Under the pieces are notes generated by a model that saw only the letters and a list, made by a program, of their open reading frames with translations, was not told the origin of the DNA and did not search any database. A stretch of DNA of 64,000 bases, taken from assembly GCF_052425735.1 (NCBI RefSeq), contig NC_135759.1:42470001-42534000 (forward strand), in the 5' to 3' direction. A program made the position numbers and the translations under genes. Of this stretch, positions 61,201-64,000 are shown in pieces (within the stretch, counting starts at the first letter, position 1; every line of letters starts with the position of its first letter). The stretch comes from Oculina patagonica. Its lineage: Eukaryota.

Positions 61201-64000
61201 GCTTAAAATAACACTCATAAGGTTATTGAATTCATTCAACTGTTATGTTTGGCTGACAGTAACTTTCCATTTCAACATTTGATGTGAGTAACACAAAGAT
61301 TTTTTGTGCATGATACTTGTAACCTACAAAAACAAAATGTTGAGTTGCTACAGGCTACAATCAGGGCTAGAAACTGACACAAAATACATTAAATTGAAAC
61401 ATGTTTGAACACATACTTATTTAAGCAATCTAAATAATTTAAGAGAACAATTTAAGTCACTTTTGTCTCAGCTGGATAAATTTTATAACCAACCAATTTT
61501 TGTAGACTTACTGAAAAGCATCATACAACACAAAACTAATATTAAATTTTAAACTTTAGGACTTATATAATAATATTGTATAAATGTGACAGACTGTGAA
61601 AATGTGTCACTAAGGCCAGTCATAAGTAACTTACATTTTTCTTTATCCTCTGGAACTTTTAATAAAATTTTTTGTAAAAAATTTTAAAAATACCCAATAA
61701 TGTTGTAAAATTGACAATTCTGCATACAAGCTTAGTGGCCCATCAGACCAGAGCGTATCCCGGTCTCCATAGCATGAAGCAACTAGGAGTATTCCTATAT
61801 ACTCCCTGCTGGATGATGCTAGTCCATTACAGGGTTACCCCCAGCAGTAAAATTAATTCACTGGTACCCCCTTATACACCTGAGTGGAGAAAGGCACTGT
61901 GAGAGTAAAGTGTCTTGCCCAAGAACACAATGCAGTGCTCCAGCCTAGGCTCGACCCCGGACCGCTCGATCCGGAGTCCAGCGCACTAACCATAAGGCCA
62001 CCACACCTCCCACTGTAAAGAAGGTGTGCATGGCTGACGATATTCAATTCTTTCTTGACTGCTAACAATTTTTTTTAAAGAAAGTATACTTCGGTTAAGT
62101 GCAAGCCAATTTTTGATACTGCTAGTACTTGTTGAAAACTTTACTTGTTGAAAACTTAACCCTGAGCAGTTAACCATCATGTAGTAACAAACATGACATT
62201 AACCCAAATCACAAAACTTACCAACTGGAGGAGTCGCGGCAGCCACCTTCTGCTCCTTGCTGTCCACTTTAACAGAAGTGTCACTTAGTATTCTTGACAT
62301 GCGAGGTGCAGGCTTGGGTAAGGTACCAAACTGAGACGGCACCCTTGAGCGTGGTCTGGGTGCTGGGGCCCTCCTTACAGCAGGGCTCTTATCCGTAACA
62401 CTGTTGGGAGCTTGGTTCTGTAATAGGCTTGGAGAAGAGCTTACCTTTGGAACAGGTACCACCTCTTTCTTTTCATTTGATGGACCTTGCTCTGGAGTAA
62501 TCATGGTTTCCTCAGAGGGCTCCAGGTAAACATGATTCAACACTTCTGCCTGATCTTTCTTTAGGTCCTTCTCCTTAGGGGGAAGGGGAGGCGCATCATT
62601 TTGACTTTCCATATCAGGAACGGAGACACCAGAACTAATATCGACCACTTTATATGGCCTCGTTACAGGTTTCAATGTTGTATTCACATAAACAGGACCA
62701 CTTCCCATTGCAATAGACTGCCCATTATTGGTCTGGGTGGTAAGCGCCTCAGAAGGAGGTTTGTCAACGTTGGCAGTAAATTTTCCAGCTACTTTTTCTG
62801 CAACCATAGCTTCGCTGCTGGTTTCGTGAAAATCGGACGTGCTACAACTGTCCCAAGTGCTACTTCCCCATGAACTACTCGATGTTCCACTGGACTCAAT
62901 ATTAAAAATACTACGGCCAGTTTCACTAAAAACTACTGGCATGTCTGCAGCACTAACTTCTTCAGGTTTAACATGTTCAAGCATATCAGTACTGTTGCCT
63001 GAGGCACTATGAGATGAATCACTCCTGATCGACTTGCGGGTATTTTCATACCCTGAATCTTGGCTGCTAGAGATTGTACTTTCACTGCTCGAGCTAGACG
63101 GCCTATTTACGTAAAATGGCTCAGTGGTAGAAGATTTTAAACCAATAATCTTGTTAGGATTATCATTCAATTTGTCACAGTCGCCAGGTTCTTGAGTGGT
63201 GGCCTTATTTGTGTCGCCCATCTCGTTTGTAATTACACACAATGGATTGCAAAATTCTAACACACCAGAAGAATTTTCTTCGTCAGTTTGAGAATCACAT
63301 GCAACAATCGCTTGATTGTCACTGCTCGCTTTTTCTCGTAAATCTAAATTGACTTCGCAGTTTGGTTCCAAAACATCTGTCTCGTGTAGTTCATTATGCA
63401 CAGATTCGACATCAAAGAAAGCTATGTTGCTTTTCATCGGGACATATTCATCCAAATCACTCTCGTCTTCGTCCACAATTTTACACGCTGAAAGGTCTGT
63501 TTCGGTTTGAAATGAATCCACAACGACCGCATTATTCGAAGAAACGACTCTGTCACTGTCGTTAAGATCTGAAAGTTCCTCCTCATTCTCCGGATCGTTT
63601 ACGTCCATCGCGCCTTCTTCGTGATCTTCTGTCTCGCAGACTGATTTAATACTTGGTTTGTTTGTTTCCTCCAATTCTTTATCGTGATCTAATATTGAAA
63701 GCACAGGCTCTTCAGAGTTTTCTAAAGAGTTTGCGTTACACTGTGGTCTATTGTGGGAATTCCCAAGAGTATTCTCCAGCGGTATGGTAGCATTTAACAC
63801 ATTCGCGGCTGGTTCTTGTGGGCTTTCGTCGCGACTTATCGCACCAAAGCCAAATTCTACCGCTCGTGAAGACGGTCTAGGCTTCGGCCTAGGTGCTGGT
63901 TTGGGTTTATTAGAAACAGACGGTTTAGAATTTTGTTCTTTTTTAACGGCATCGCTCACAATGCAACGATCTTTGGTGTCCAAAATGGCGTGAGTTGTGC
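55279..64000 (-). CDS. PEAK1: PEAK1/pragmin (NKF3) family pseudokinase scaffold, 5' end outside the window
   Basis: Phase-consistent exons >64000-62222, 58884-58621, 57999-56651, 56292-55279. Long Pro/Ser/Tyr-motif region (YVPM, YVN, YEN, PYKVV, PPLPPK); helix LEKRYNKILKLQMQTL; LLAKV; HVNI; HRDLKAEN; NFQ in place of DFG; C-terminal LQVLLWGP..WLETER..CQFL. Confidence 0.85.
61730..62012 (-). mobile_element. tRNA-derived SINE copy (well preserved); decayed copies near 15950, 31240-32170, 33100, 40800 and 42790
   Basis: Minus strand gggaggtgtggtggccttatggttagtgcgctggactccggatcgagcggtccgggg..ttgtgttcttgggcaagacactttactctcacagtgcc. Confidence 0.8.

Overview
Eukaryotic, AT-rich, intron-containing animal DNA. 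Gene content and repeat families suggest an anthozoan, probably a stony coral (inference). Genes from left to right, with exons assembled by hand from GT-AG sites and phase checks: a 5'-truncated R4/Dong-type RLE retrotransposon next to a (TAA)n tract; a 3-exon SEA-domain mucin-like membrane protein; a single-coding-exon DZIP3-type HEPN + STAND NTPase + TPR gene; head-to-head with it, a 21-exon, ~663-aa TTC3-like TPR/RING-H2 E3 ligase; an NmrA-like Rossmann protein; SNAPC5 convergent with GTF2A2; an unknown multipass membrane protein; and the 3' part of a PEAK1/pragmin-family pseudokinase. Introns and intergenic DNA hold many, often nested, non-autonomous transposons. These include a 1.2-kb near-perfect foldback with a 7-bp TSD, a MULE with a 9-bp TSD, a decayed ISL2EU-like element, SINEs and a tRNA-derived tandem repeat. 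The best candidate for a new system is the HEPN-STAND-TPR putative sensor-RNase paired divergently with the short TTC3-like E3. No database searches were run; all homology calls rest on motifs recognised by eye.
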